Shown here: piece after piece, positions 37,212 through 50,017 of the stretch
Numbering within the stretch: position 1 is the stretch's first letter
Layout: each line of letters opens with the position of its first letter
NCBI GenBank assembly: GCA_043228905.1
Contig: JBHGNT010000017.1
Location: 12,710,001 to 12,774,000 of the forward strand
Length of the DNA: 64,000 nt
Direction: 5' to 3'
From: Azolla caroliniana
Lineage: Eukaryota; Plantae; Polypodiophyta
Notes under the pieces: model-generated
Database searches by the model: none
What the model saw: only the letters and a program-made list of their open reading frames with translations
What the model was told of the DNA's origin: nothing
Program-made: the position numbers and the translations under genes

Positions 37212-40200
37212 ACTGTACGATAGGTAGAAAAATTTGCTTCTCCAACAACGGAGGGTGTATGATAGTCGGCATCGTCGGCCGAGAAAAGACAAGGGCGGAT
37301 GTGCGACTTCGAGCGTGCGGAGTTCTCGGCCCGGACGAGGAAATCAGCGGAGCCGTGGAGCCGGTCTCCTTCGACGACACCTTGGGAATGCTGAGGAAGG
37401 TAGCCGGAGAAGACCTTAACGAAGACCGGACGATACCGGTATGTTCTGAAGAGATGTACGAAGTCATCGAGAACTTCATTCGGGGGCTTGGGTCGGATCG
37501 GACGGCCCGAGTTAGCACGAGGTACAAGGCTGTGGACCGGAAGGTAAGGCCAGTCGCGGCACCCTTGCCGGAGGGTAGCGAGTCCCGAATCAAAGGGGTG
37601 GTATCGGACCCCAGTTTACGAGATCCGGCCTACATAGGACACACCTTCACCGACGGAACGCTCCGGGAGCTCAAAATCGGTGGGGGCGAGTTCCTACTGC
37701 CGGCGGAGGAAGACCGGTTTCGGAGAATGCTCGGAAGGCACGGGAAAGCATTCGCATTCTCACCGGAAGAGATCGGGTGCGTAGACCCGACGATCGTGGA
37801 GCCGATGGTGATATTCACGGTACCGCATGTACCGTGGAATCTCAAGCCGATTCCAGTACCGAGAGCTCACATCCCGAAGTTGCTGGAGCTATTGAGGCAG
37901 AAAGTCGATATGGGTATTCTCGAACCGTCGAGCGCGCCATACTCGAACCGATGGTTTACCGTACCAAAGAAAAACGGAACATTGCGCTTCATTCAGGACC
38001 TGCAACCGGTCAACAGAGTGACCATCCGGAACGCAGGAATCGGACCGACCGTAGACGAGTTCGCTGAGGCCTTCGCCGGAAGGTCGATTTACTCGGTCAG
38101 TGATCTGTACTCGGGGTATGACCAGTTCCAACTAGCCGTGGAGAGCAGAGACATTACGACGATGCGAACTCCCCTCGGCCTAGTGCGAATGTGTACCCTG
38201 CCACAAGGAGGGACCAACTCGGTGGCCCACATGGTGAATGCAATGAACAAAGTACTGAGGGATTGCATCCCGGACATCACCATGCCATTTCTAGACGACA
38301 TCCCTATCAAGGGGTGCCCGGTGGAAGAGAAGGACGAGACACTCGGGCCGGACGGATGCCGGCGATTCGTAGCAACACACATCGACGACTACGAGAAGGT
38401 GCTACAAAGGCTAGAGGATGCGAGGCTCACCTTCTCCGGGGAGAAATCGGCCTTCGGGCAATCAGAAATCCTGGTGGTCGGGCACCTATGTGGACCATAT
38501 GGCCGGAAGCCGTCTCCGGCAAAGGTAGAAGCCATCTCTGCGATGAAGACCGACTGTAGCTCGGTTACGGAAGTTCGGAGGTTCCTGGGGGCATGCACAT
38601 TCTACCACATATGGATCCCGCATTACACCCACGTTGCGGAACCGCTATACGGGTTGCTGAAGAAGGGGCGAAAATTCAAGTGGCGAGACGAGCACATGGA
38701 GTCGGTCCGGAAGCTGAAGGAAGCTCTTGCGGCAGCACCGACGCTCCGAAAGGCTGTCTACGAGAAAGGTACCCCGGTATACATAACGGTGGATACGAGT
38801 CCAACCGGGATCGGATGGGTCGTCAACCAAGAAAACAAGGACGGCATTCGGTTCCCGATCCGATTCGGCGCAAAGGTCCTCAGTGAGCGACAGCGAGGGT
38901 ACGCCCAGGTTAAATGCGAACTCTGGGGTATCGTTTCGGCAGTAAAGGCCGACAAAGACTACCTGATCGGGACAGAAGTGATTATCGAGACGGATTGCCT
39001 GCCGATTCTCGGCATGGTTTCCGGATGCGCGACACCGGACCTGGCGATGCTCAGGTGGATAGCGTACATCAAGTCCCTGGACCCGGAGATACGACACATT
39101 TCCGGAAAAGCCAACGCCATGGCCGACATGCTTTCGAGGGCGAGGTTTGATGAAGAGGGCGGCATGGTTTCTGAGGACGAAGAAGTCGGCGTGGACTTCT
39201 TCGAGGCGGCGTACGTGACGACCGATGGGGCGAGCACTCCGGCACTTAACGGCTTCGACGAGAGCAAGTACGACGGCGAGTGGCTGCAGATCGGTGGGTT
39301 TCTGAGGACAATGACGTCGGATGCGTCATGGACGAGGGACAAGGCCAACCGGATCCGGAAGAAAGCATACCGATTCTTCCTCCGGGACGGACACTTATGG
39401 AAGCACCCAAAGAAGAGGAACGGCGTCCCGCTCCAGGTGGTGGCGATGAAGGAAGAACAGGAGGAGCTGCTGACGGCCTACCACGACAGCCCTTGGGTTG
39501 GACACCGTGGAACGTGGGCCACGTTCGAGAAGATAAAGGGGAAGTACTGGTGGCCGGGACTGTACCGGGACGTGCATCGGTTCGTGACGACTTCCGAGAG
39601 CTGTCAGATGCACTCCATAGTCCGACATCGGGACGAGCTTCACCCTACGTACCCTCTAACCATCCACTTCAAATGGATGGTAGATCTGGTGACGATGCCG
39701 ATGGGAGAAGGACAGATGCGGTATCTGGTCCTGGCTCAGGAAGATCTGATGAACCAGGTAGAAGGCCGAGCCCTTCAGAACAAGACGACCGCAGCCGTAT
39801 GTCGGTTCCTAATCGAGGACATGATATGCCGGTACGGGTGCGTCGGGAAGATCGTGGCTGATCGCGGGGAGTTGGACGCCGAAGAGGCCGAGGAGTTGTT
39901 CGATCGGCTAGGAGTCAAGCTCTCGCTTACCACTGCGTATAATCCGGAGGCGAATGGGAAGGTGGAGCGCGGACACGGACCGATCGTCAAAGCGTTAGTT
40001 CGGGCATGCGGAGGTCGAGTCGGGAACTGGCCACGGCTGCTGCCTTACGCGTTGTGGGCGGACCGAACTACGCACAGTTTGGTAACCGGATTCATGCTGG
40101 CAGAGCTCATGTTTGGGAAAAAGCCGATCATGCCGATAGAACGTACGATCTCCTCATGGGCAACCGTGGACTGGAGAGACAAGATGAGCCGGGAGGAACT

Positions 40201-40582
40201 GTTGGCGGCGCGCATACGACAGCTCGAGCGAAGACCGGAGGACGTGGAGCAGGCCGCGGGAAAGATTCGGGTGGCAAGGACGAGGAACAAAGCCCGGTTC
40301 GACCGAATGCATCGGCTCCGACCGAAGAAGTTCGAGGAAGGCGACTGGGTGCTAGTCTATGACAGCAGCCTCGACAACCAGCACCGAGCGACATGGAAGT
40401 TCGCAAGAAGGTGGTTCGGGCCTTACGTGGTACAAAGCGCCAACGACAACGGGACGTACCATCTGGCGGAACTTGACGGCACGAGAATGGCGACACCGGT
40501 AACTGGGAAGCGGATCAAAGCGTTCAAGAAGCGTCACGACGACGAGCCGGATCCAGTTAACCTGAACCGCGACGACGAATGA
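37145..40582 (+). CDS. pol: Pol polyprotein (RT-RNase H-integrase), uninterrupted; probably entered by frameshift
   Basis: Part of ORF 36902-40582: PFLDD, ITVDTSPTG, YHDSPWVGHRG, WMVDLV, VADRGE, YNPEANGKVERGH, WFGPY. Confidence 0.93.
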   Translation, partial: GFLERAAKAWGRDSPDTRKGPHDCTIGRKICFSNNGGCMIVGIVGREKTRADVRLRACGVLGPDEEISGAVEPVSFDDTLGMLRKVAGEDLNEDRTIPVCSEEMYEVIENFIRGLGSDRTARVSTRYKAVDRKVRPVAAPLPEGSESRIKGVVSDPSLRDPAYIGHTFTDGTLRELKIGGGEFLLPAEEDRFRRMLGRHGKAFAFSPEEIGCVDPTIVEPMVIFTVPHVPWNLKPIPVPRAHIPKLLELLRQKVDMGILEPSSAPYSNRWFTVPKKNGTLRFIQDLQPVNRVTIRNAGIGPTVDEFAEAFAGRSIYSVSDLYSGYDQFQLAVESRDITTMRTPLGLVRMCTLPQGGTNSVAHMVNAMNKVLRDCIPDITMPFLDDIPIKGCPVEEKDETLGPDGCRRFVATHIDDYEKVLQRLEDARLTFSGEKSAFGQSEILVVGHLCGPYGRKPSPAKVEAISAMKTDCSSVTEVRRFLGACTFYHIWIPHYTHVAEPLYGLLKKGRKFKWRDEHMESVRKLKEALAAAPTLRKAVYEKGTPVYITVDTSPTGIGWVVNQENKDGIRFPIRFGAKVLSERQRGYAQVKCELWGIVSAVKADKDYLIGTEVIIETDCLPILGMVSGCATPDLAMLRWIAYIKSLDPEIRHISGKANAMADMLSRARFDEEGGMVSEDEEVGVDFFEAAYVTTDGASTPALNGFDESKYDGEWLQIGGFLRTMTSDASWTRDKANRIRKKAYRFFLRDGHLWKHPKKRNGVPLQVVAMKEEQEELLTAYHDSPWVGHRGTWATFEKIKGKYWWPGLYRDVHRFVTTSESCQMHSIVRHRDELHPTYPLTIHFKWMVDLVTMPMGEGQMRYLVLAQEDLMNQVEGRALQNKTTAAVCRFLIEDMICRYGCVGKIVADRGELDAEEAEELFDRLGVKLSLTTAYNPEANGKVERGHGPIVKALVRACGGRVGNWPRLLPYALWADRTTHSLVTGFMLAELMFGKKPIMPIERTISSWATVDWRDKMSREELLAARIRQLERRPEDVEQAAGKIRVARTRNKARFDRMHRLRPKKFEEGDWVLVYDSSLDNQHRATWKFARRWFGPYVVQSANDNGTYHLAELDGTRMATPVTGKRIKAFKKRHDDEPDPVNLNRDDE

Positions 40583-43500
40583 TCCGAAACCGAGGAAGAA
40601 CCGACGGGCGGAGAATGAAGGTTGGACCGGTTTTTCTCCGTCCCAACACAATCTGGCGCATGCCGGTGGATGTGCGGTTAGGTGGGGGCGGATGTCGTGA
40701 AGAAAACCGTCCACAAGCAGAATCGGTGCACCGGAGCGTAGGAACCGGCTCTTCATGCACGTGCACCTTATGTTGTGCATAGGAGATCCTAGGCAGGCAG
40801 ATTCGGTAGGTAGGAAGTAAAGGGGAAACGGCTCCTTCCTTGCCTATAAAAGGAGGGAGACGAGGAGGGGCGAAGGGATCGCGGAGAGTCGAGGACGAAT
40901 TGCTGTCGGTTTGTGTGCCAAGGCTTCTCTCTCTCTCTGGTTCGCAAACTCCATAGCTTCCTTCTGTGCAGGTTTCGGGAGGCTCGCGTTGCTCTGAGGA
41001 ATGCCCGAGTGCTTCCGACAGCACCTCCAACCTACTCCTTCCTTTCTGTGCGTTTACGAACAGGTATCGGCATCTGTTCGCCGGCCTGTTCGGTTGTAAC
41101 CGACTTCGTGTTTTGTTGTTTGTCTTTGTTAATGCACACATACATTCGTGTCTCTCTGTGTCGCTGTCCCACTCACTTCTTTGTGTCGAAGGGCCGTGTC
41201 CCTGTGAATCTACTCTCCCACGTAGTGGGTCTCTTCTCCTCTCTCTCTTGTTCTTCAGTGCAGGACCCCCGAGGTCCCGCCTCATTCCACGCATCCGCGA
41301 GGAATACCTCGACAGCGTTCTAGTGCTCTTTTCCGGGATTGTTCATGAACCGACTCACCACTCCGATTGCAGATCTAATATTTGGCCAAGTGCACACCAT
41401 TCAATACATTAGACTTCCGACTACAAAGGAATATGGAATCTTCATCATATCCATCTTCTCTACCTTTGCCTTTGGGATTGGCTTTCCAGATAGCTTGCAG
41501 TTTGGAGGGAGTGTCGATCCGACATGTTGAACCATTGAAGCAGCTTTATCACGTACTTCTCCTATGACATCCACAACAACTTCTTCGACCGGTCCCAGAT
41601 GATGTGCATCCCCTAAACCTGTCTTGCTGGACCCCAGTCTTTCATTGAGAAGGTCCGGTTTAGGGCCTTACTCAGCATGTGTATCTTGACTTGGTCTCAT
41701 CTGACGATCAACATGTCGTCAACGTCCAGAAACAATATCAGGAAATCTCCTCCGTCAAATTTCTTCACAAACACACAATGATCAGCTTGCGTCTTGTGGT
41801 ACCCTTGATCCATCATGAAGGAGTCGAACTTCCAGTACCATTGCTAGGGGGCTTGCTTCAAGCCGTATAAGCTCTTCTTCAGTCGGCACACTAGTTGTTC
41901 CTTCCCTTTCTTCTCAAATCCTTCCGGTTGATGCATTTAGATCTCTTCTTCGAGGTCACCATGTAGGAATGTCGTCTTGACGTCCAATTGCTCTGCCTTG
42001 AGTTCCATGCTTGCCGCTATGCTCAATACCCTCCGGATGGATGTCATCTTTACTACCGGGGCAAAGATCTCATCGAAATCCACACCTTTCTTTTGTTAGA
42101 AACCCTTCACCAAGATTCGGGCCTTGTACCTCGGTGGATTTCCGGCATATACCGGTTTCAGCTTGTACACCCACTTATTCCAGAGTGCTCTCTTTCCTTT
42201 CAATAGCTCTGTCAATTCATATGTGTGGTTCTCATGCAGGGAATCCATCTCGTCCTGCATGACACTTAACCACTTGTAGGTGTGGGTGTCTTTCTTTGCT
42301 TCTTCGAAGCTTTCCGGCTCCCCCTCATCGGTCAGCAATTCGTGCTCTGCATCTGGAAATCTCCAGGGGCTCTTCTCTCTCTAAGAGGGTATCTTCATCC
42401 TTGGTTTTCAGAAACCAGTTCATCTATTTGTTCCAAATCCGAATCTGTTTCAGGGTCTTGTCCGGTTCTAGTTTCAGCTTCCCCTTCTTCTTCTTTGATC
42501 GGTTCAGTTTCTACTCCGAATCCGGCCAGTTCTTCGAGTGTCATCCGGCTTCCGGCCGGAATGGTCCTCAGCTCCTTCAGTTGATCTTTGCCTGTCGACC
42601 CAGAATTCATTATCCTTTTCTCAGACTCCCTGTCGACAATGGTCTTGTCCTCCATGAAGATATCGCCGTATCCAAGGAATATGCATGGTGTGGACTTCGG
42701 ATCTAGCTTTTCTCTCTTGTCCTTTGCAACATGTGAGACACCCGAACACCTTCAGATGCCAGTAAGACACATGTTTACCGGTCCATACTCTCTGTGGTGT
42801 GTCTCCGTCCAAGGGTGTTGAGGGTGATTTGTTTATCACATACGTCGTCGTCATCAGTGCCTTAGTCCAAAACGTCTTGGGTAGCTTTACATGTGCCAGC
42901 ATGCTCCGGACTCTCTCCATCACGATCTGGTTCATCCGTTCGGCCAGCTCATTTTGTTCCGGCGTCTTCGGCATAGTGAATTCGAGTTAGATTCCCTTCG
43001 ATCAACATTACTCCTCGAACTGCCCCCGGTACTCTCCTTCGATATCTGCTCGAACAGCCTTCAGCTTCCGACCGGTTTCTCTTTCCACTCTCGCATGGAG
43101 TTCCTTGAAGATAGACAACACCTGATCCTTCGTCTTCAACGGTGAGACCCACAACTTTCGGCTATGGTCATCTATGAACATCACGAAGTACTGCCATCTG
43201 GCATGTCACGTCATGTCCACTTGACACACATCGGTATGCACTAGCTCCAGTGGTGCATTCCGTCTCCTCGGTGGTCTTGATTGGAAGGAGGTTCGGTTTT
43301 GTTTGGCGGCCAAGAAATCGGTGCACTTCTCAAGATGCACGTCTTTCACCTCCGGAATGAGGTTGTCTTCAGCAAGTCTTCTCATCCGCTTTTGGCTCAT
43401 ATGACAAAACCTTTTGTGCCACAGCTCACCGGTAGTGTCGGATGCTACATTCACTTCTTCCCGGCATATCCGAGCATGCATCAAATACAATGTCTTGATC

Positions 43501-45321
43501 TTCCGGGCTCGAGCCACAATCAGGCTTCCTTTGCTGAATTTCATGACTCCGTTCTGGATGCTACCCATGTAGCCTTGATCATCTAGCCGACCAGTTGATA
43601 TCAGGTTCAACCAAACCTCCGGAACGTGTGGGACTTCTTTCAGCAGTAATTAGCATACGGTTGATGTCGTCAACAACACATCTCCTATGCCCACAATTCG
43701 GCATGTACCTTCATTCCCCATACAAACACAACCGTGATCTCCGGCTATGTAAGTTGAGAAGCATTTCTGGTCCGGTGTCAAATGGAACGACGCTCCAGAA
43801 TCGAAAACCCAGGTCGTCTCGTTGCTGACAAGGTTGAGCTTGCTCTCCTCAACAATGAGCATCAGTTCTTCTTCACTTGTCACGATCGCCAACATTCCTT
43901 TTCTCTCCGAACCTTTCCGGTCCGAACCCTTCTTCGAATCGGCACTGTCGGTTTCTTTCTCTTTCCGGAAATGCCCAAAGTTCTTTTGGAAGTGCCCTGG
44001 CTTCCCATAGTAGAAGCAAGTAGGCCCCCCCTTGACTTCGACCTCGTCCCCGATTTGTCCTAGTTTTGGGGACTCCGATACCATCCTCTTCCCTGGTTAT
44101 GGTCATCTCCCGTGACCAAGGGCTTCGGATCGGTTCCGGACTCCCGGTCCTTTCGGCGAGCTTCTTCATCTAGCATGCTTGATATTACTCTTGCTAGGGA
44201 CAACTACTTTCCTTCCGGCCCAGCATTGCCCAAAGTGACAACTAACGTCTCCCAACTATCCAGGAGGGAACCAAGCAAGAGCAATGCAAGTACCTCTTCA
44301 GCTAGAGGTACTTCAAATGAAGTTGTTTGATTTATGAGCCCCTGAAATGCATTCACGTGCTTCACCATGCTAGATCCGTCCTGGTACCTGAGTCTCACTA
44401 ACTTCCGGAATACCGAAACTTGATTTACGGCATTTTTACTCTCCAACATGGTGCCGATTTTCTCCCAGAGCACATGAGCTTTACTTTCTTCATTGAAGTT
44501 GTTGTACAGGCTCATGTCAATGAAGCACCAGATGTACATCGTTGTCTTCATGTGCATCACCTCCCATGTTGCGGCATCAATCTTATCTGGTTTCTTGTCC
44601 ATGAACTGTACCGGCAACCAGAGATCTTTGACCATAATCATGTCCCTCATCTTCGACTTCCACTCTGGGTAGTTGGAGTTAGTGATTTTCAACATGCCGC
44701 CGAATGATTCTTCCATTTCCTTTGTTTGCTCTGATACCATATTTTGCAAAAATAACGCTCGGCCACAACCGAGTCTTCAACAAGGAATAGAGGAGAACAA
44801 ACTCAAATCGAGATGACATAGGATGTTAACGTGGAAAACCCTAAATAGGGAAAAACCATGAGAACCCACAGACTCCAAACTATCACTATATGCGAGAGGT
44901 ACAATCAGAGACCTGGAGGCAATGACCTCGAGCTCTATATCTTCACTAGCCGGCGGTTACAACAAAAACTAGTTCTGTATCTCTCTCTCTCACTCGCTCT
45001 CTATATACAACGATATACAACAACTCTAATTACTACACTCAAGTGATTGCCCTGACTCATATTTATACGTATATGACTTTAGGGCTATTTACAAATATAG
45101 CCTCGATGGGCTCACCATGAAACATATTTACACATATGTTCTTGGATCCGGTTTGCACCGGATCCATTCAGATTCACTTGATCCGGTTTCCGGGTCTCAT
45201 CCGAAACCCTTCCGGATCTGGTTCCTTCATCCGGCTTGTCCGGTTCTCATAAGGAACCCTTCCGGATCCGGTTCCTCTGGTTCTCATCTGGATCCCATCC
45301 GGAGGGACCGAATTCCCAACA

Positions 45322-45551
45322 ATCGACTACATCGAGACTCCGTCATTGTGGTGGGTCAACACTTGTAGCCTGTGCGCCGGCACCAGGTATGACTCGACAC
45401 CATGACGGTCGGTCATATGGGACGTCAATCGAGGCTCGAGTCCATCTCGATCCCTTCGCTCGGGTGGATCGGCACCCTTCTTTCTCTCTCTCCTTTCTTA
45501 TTAATCAATTATATCTTTATCATATGCTTACTTTAGATCATAGCTCTAACA
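45322..45551 (+). repeat. 3' part of an LTR (ends CTCTAACA), interrupted by element F
   Basis: Reverse complement of 45663-45900. Confidence 0.8.
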
Positions 45552-47338
45552 ACCATGATTTCGACTTGTCAAATACTACATCTCAGCTCACTCAAACTTG
45601 TTTTGTTCGAGGGTTATAGCACTTATAAACCTTTTGCTCATGTGAGTAGTCGAGAAGGATACTGTTAGAGACATGAACTAATGTAAGCATTAAATAAGGA
45701 TAGAATATAGATAAATAGATAGAAAGGAGAGAGAGAAAGAAGGGTGCCGATCCACTCGACCACCCCCGAGCGAAGGGATCGAGACGGACTTGAGCCTCAA
45801 TCGGCGTCCCATATCACTGTCGTGGCGTCGAGTCGTACCTGGTGTTGGCGCGCTCGCTACAAGAGTTGACCCACCACAAGACAGAGTCTCGACGTAGTCA
45901 ACCAGATGCTCAAATGAGGGTAGCTAGGCCTCTTATTTATAGTGATACCCAAGGCCCCCAGGCAAGTTCACACTTGGCCTAATGGGTTGTCTCAATCCCG
46001 AGGATTAAAAGTAATCCTCCCCTTCTTTACACTCTCGTTTAACCCTCACACTTATCCACGTATATAGAATACTACGGTAAATTCTCGCCACGGGATATTA
46101 TATGGTCATGCCCGTAACAGATACACTTCTCCGACTTCATGTCCAGCTTTCTCCACCTCTCATCCAGCCCATGCACATAGACAATGTTGTTGAATACCCC
46201 TAAGGTCTCGTAAATTCGGCTTATGCCTGAAATATAGCTCGTGTGCTGACACCTTATCCCCAATCCGGTTTTGGATGTAGACGGTTGTGCGGACCCCCTC
46301 GGCTTGTAGAACTTGGGCATGCTTTTATCCTCAAGCATTACCCTTGCCGCCTCCATAATCTATTCGCCAAGTGCAACCATGGTTGTCCAAGAAGTAAGTG
46401 GTATGCTCCCGGAGCGTCAAAGACCAAGACTACCGCCGACATGTCCCTTTGTCAAGTGTTGTTGAGCTCTTGCCGGAGCCACAACTTCCGGACCGTTGTG
46501 CTTGCCGTGAAAATATTCTTTAAATTCTCCCAAGATTCTTTCGACATTTTTTCATCCTTGATGTAGCCGAGCATCTGGTCATGCACACAGGACATGAGGC
46601 AGTACAACACTCTGCTCACTCCTTGCTCCCATGCCGGGAAGTCCTTGTGTGCCATCTCCGACGCTACTTCATTCACTCCCTCGACATAGCTCCAATAACC
46701 GTGTCCAAGCAGCAACTGGTGCATCTTGTAAGACCAAGATGCATAATTGCTTATGTCGAGGTTCTCCGTCGGAAGCGAGTTTATCATTCTTCTGTCCATT
46801 CTTTGTTAGGTCCGTTCTCTTTCCCAGAAGTTACGTTTTCTTTGGTCTACTTAAGCTTTCTGTAGGCAACAAAGACTTCTCAACCCTCACACTCTAATAC
46901 CATGAAAAGAATTATGTGTGGAAGCTTGAGGACCTAACTAACTTCACTGGATGTTAACATAAAACATACACAGGTTTAATGGAAGCTTCAAAACACACAG
47001 AGAATACATGAGAGAGATAGAGAGAACAAAACAACATAAAATCAATTCAAATTAACAGTCTATACATACAATGTGCTCAGAGAGCACTTTTATACAAGTC
47101 CTTAAAAGGACTGACAAAAGTACCGACATGTACTTCAATTCTCATACAAGCAACTGACACTAACTCCAAGAAATATGCCTACGTACTAGGTTGGGACTGT
47201 AGGCCTCTAATGGCTTACCGGTTGCAATCTAATCTGGTTCTCAGATCCGGCTCTTGGTTCCGGATACCGATCCGGACACCAATCTAGTTCTCAGTTCTGA
47301 ACTTCGATCCGGATCCAGTTGAGCTTGTCCACTCAACA
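45552..47338 (-). mobile_element. Deleted Ty1/copia of the H-like family (5' LTR 47338-46903, PBS 46902-46891, gag and IN remnants)
   Basis: ENLDISNYASWSYKMHQ; KLDMKSEKCI; TGGTATTAGAGT. Confidence 0.85.
45663..46119 (-). mobile_element. Solo LTR with a 5-bp TSD
   Basis: TGTTA...TAACA termini with GATAC on both sides (45658-45662, 46120-46124). Minus-strand CTATAAATA. Confidence 0.9.
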
Positions 47339-49971
47339 AGTATAAATATAACTAGGGCAAAAATATTACACGTTGTTGTCTTTGAAAAGTGCTATTGTAA
47401 CTGACAGAGAGGGAGGGAGGGAGAGAGAGAGATTCAGAGATAGAGAACATGGTTGTTGCCCTATTTATTGTCTCCGGAGTGTATACCTCCTGTTACTATA
47501 GTGATTATGTTGGGAGTCTGCGAACTCCCATGGTTTTTCCCATTTAGGGTTTCCACGTTAACATCTTTTGTCGTTTTGCCTCTAAGTGAGTGTATGTGTG
47601 AAATATTCTGATTTTCTATCTTGTGCTTGAACCTCATTGTGGTCGAGGCCCATTCTCTATCAAACTAGTATCAAAACGAAGGCTCATTACCTTCAAGCAA
47701 AAGAAAATGGAAAACTCATTCGGCAGAATGTTCAAATTAATCGGCGCCAACTATTTTGTGTGCAAAGACTTATGGTTGCCAATGCAATATGGCAAAACTA
47801 GGCCTGATGAGATTGATGCATTGACTTTGGAAGTGTTGCATCTGAAGGCGACTGCATACATAAGATGCTTTATAGACATGAGTCTATACAACAACTTTGA
47901 TGAAGAGACGGATGTTGACGTCCTTTGGAAGAAGATTGGCATAATGTTTGAGAACAAGAACGTCGTAAACAAGGTCTCAATTTTAAGGAAGATCATGAGA
48001 CTCCAGTATCAAGATGGCATAGCGGAGCATGTGAATGCTTTCCCAGGACTAATCAACCAAACCACTTCTTTGGAGGTACCTCTAGCCCACGAGTTACTCA
48101 CATTACTATTGTTGGGATCTCTTCTGGATAGTTGGGAGACGCTCGTTGTCACATTAGGCAACACCAGACCAGAAGGGAAGCACTTATCCTTGGACAAGGT
48201 GAGGTCAAGATTGCTTAACAAAAAAGCTCTTCCTAAGGACAGAGAAGCAACCTCTGACCCAAAGGCCTTAGTCATGGAGGGTGACATGAATCGAGGAAGA
48301 GGCCGGAATAGAAGTCCCCAGAATCAGGAGAAGTCTGGGACTAGGTCGAAGTCAAGGGGGAGGCCCACATGCTTCTATTATGGGAAATCAAGGCACTTCT
48401 AGAAGAATTTCCGACAGTAAAGGAAAGAGAAAGGGGTAGCAGATGGTGTTCAACAGAAGAAGATTCCAGACAATAAGAATACCTCTGCAATCACCACAAG
48501 TGAGGAGGAGTTGTTATTCATCTGTGAGCAAAGCAAGCTGAATCTTGTCGGTGATGAATCGACATGGGTGGTTGATTTGGGTGCATCATTTCATCTTACT
48601 CCTGACAAAGGATGCTTCTCATCGTACACAACCAATGATCACGGATATGTGAAGATGGGAAATGACGGCGCATGGAAATTAGTCGAAATCGGGGAAGTGT
48701 ATCTGTAGACATCAACAAGTTGTAGAATGGTGTTGAAGGATGTGCACCATGTTTTAGACATCAGATTGAATCTGATATCGACCGGATGGCTTGATGATGA
48801 AGGTTACAGTGGTACCTTCCAGAATGGCACCTGGAAATTCTACAAAGGAAATCTTATTGTGGCCCGTGCCCAAAAGCAAAGTACTCTATACATGATGCAT
48901 GCATGAGTGAACCGGAATGAGGTGAATGTGGCAGGTGACACAGCCCATGAGTTGTGGCATAAGAGGCATGCCACATGAGCCAGAAGGGGATGTAAATGAT
49001 AGCCGAAAAGTAGCTCATACTAGAGGTAAAGAAAGTGCATCTAGACTAATGCCTCGATTGCCTGGCCGGAAAGCAAAATAAGGCAGTTTTTAAGATTGCT
49101 TAAAGTATGAGGCACTTCATCGGGGGTTGTTTGGGGTGGACTCAAGTTTAGATCTTATTTGTATGTCTAAACCTAAGTAGTGATATAGTTTTAAGGGAAT
49201 AGAAAAGCAAGGGCATGGGTGGGGGGGCTAGGGGAGTGTAGCTTGTTTAAGATATCAAAAGTATTTAAACCTAATCAAAGTTTTTAGAACATATTAAAGA
49301 TCATTGGGATAACTTAAGTTTTTAAACACCAATAGAGTATTATTAAAACATCAATGTAGAGTATTATTAAAATGGGACCACACGCTTAGATGAAAGGGAG
49401 TTGTTTAAACACATGCTTAAACAAACATTTAAAAGAAAGATTATTATAAATAAATAAATAAGAGAGATTGGGATTAAAAATGATTATGGTTAAGAAGGGA
49501 TTATGATTAAGGGGGAAGGGGTTGCTAAAACAAAGTACTTAAACGAATGTTTAAACAAATACTTAGATAAAAAAACTCTTGGGCAAACACTTAAAGAAGG
49601 TTATGATTAAAAGAGAAGGCAGGGATTATGATTAAAGAAAAGGGGTCATGGCTAAGAAGAGGATGATTATGATTAAGAGAGGAGAATACTTCAACAATTG
49701 TTTAAACAAAAAGTTAGACCAAAAAAAAGATTGAACAAGTATTTAAAAAAAGGGGTTAAACAAGTACGTAATAAAAATGATTATTAAACAAGTACTTAAT
49801 AAAAAATGATTAAATAAATACTTAAAAACTTAAGACAAAAAAATTGACAAAAAAGTGATTAAACAAGTACTTAATAAAAATTGATTAAATAAGTACTTAA
49901 GAACTTAAGACAAAAAAATAGATAAGAGCAACACATAGAAGGAACGAAAGTTTTACTATCATAAGGCAACG

Positions 49972-50017
49972 ATCGGCAAATACATTTCGCCTCGATGGAG
50001 GCTCTTCAGTGCTCGAT
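49972..50017 (-). ncRNA. Minimal type I hammerhead ribozyme
   Basis: ATCGAGCA-CTGAAGA-GCCTC(CATC)GAGGC-GAA-ATGTAT-T-TGCCGAT: CUGANGA and GAAA core, 5-bp stem II, quasi-palindromic stem III, 7-bp stem I with one bulge. Confidence 0.8.

Larger units (their letters stand above)
34385..41314 (+). mobile_element. Element D: near-intact tRNA-Trp-primed gypsy retrotransposon (6.9 kb)
   Basis: 622-bp LTRs at 34385-35006 and 40693-41314, PBS 35010-35027, TSD GCAT/GCGT, open pol. Confidence 0.97.
34265..45321 (-). mobile_element. Element F: Ty1/copia (5' LTR ~45321-44743, PBS 44739-44728, degenerate gag-PR-IN-RT), host of D and H
   Basis: TGGTATCAGAGC; WVFDSGASFHL; LELVHTDVC; TPEQNELAERMN; EPESFEEA. 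RT is continuous across D (41315|34384). Confidence 0.9.

Noticed and set aside
40300-40582. Chromodomain at the integrase C-terminus as the explanation for targeting
   Set aside because: The ORF ends shortly after the GPY/F region with a short acidic tail. No chromodomain motif is visible.
49090-49970. A second hammerhead or a true telomeric array in the PLE tail
   Set aside because: I found no further CUGANGA...GAAA core by eye (CCGATGAAG near 49115 lacks the rest) and no tandem TTTAGGG, only degenerate TAAACAAGTACT-type repeats.
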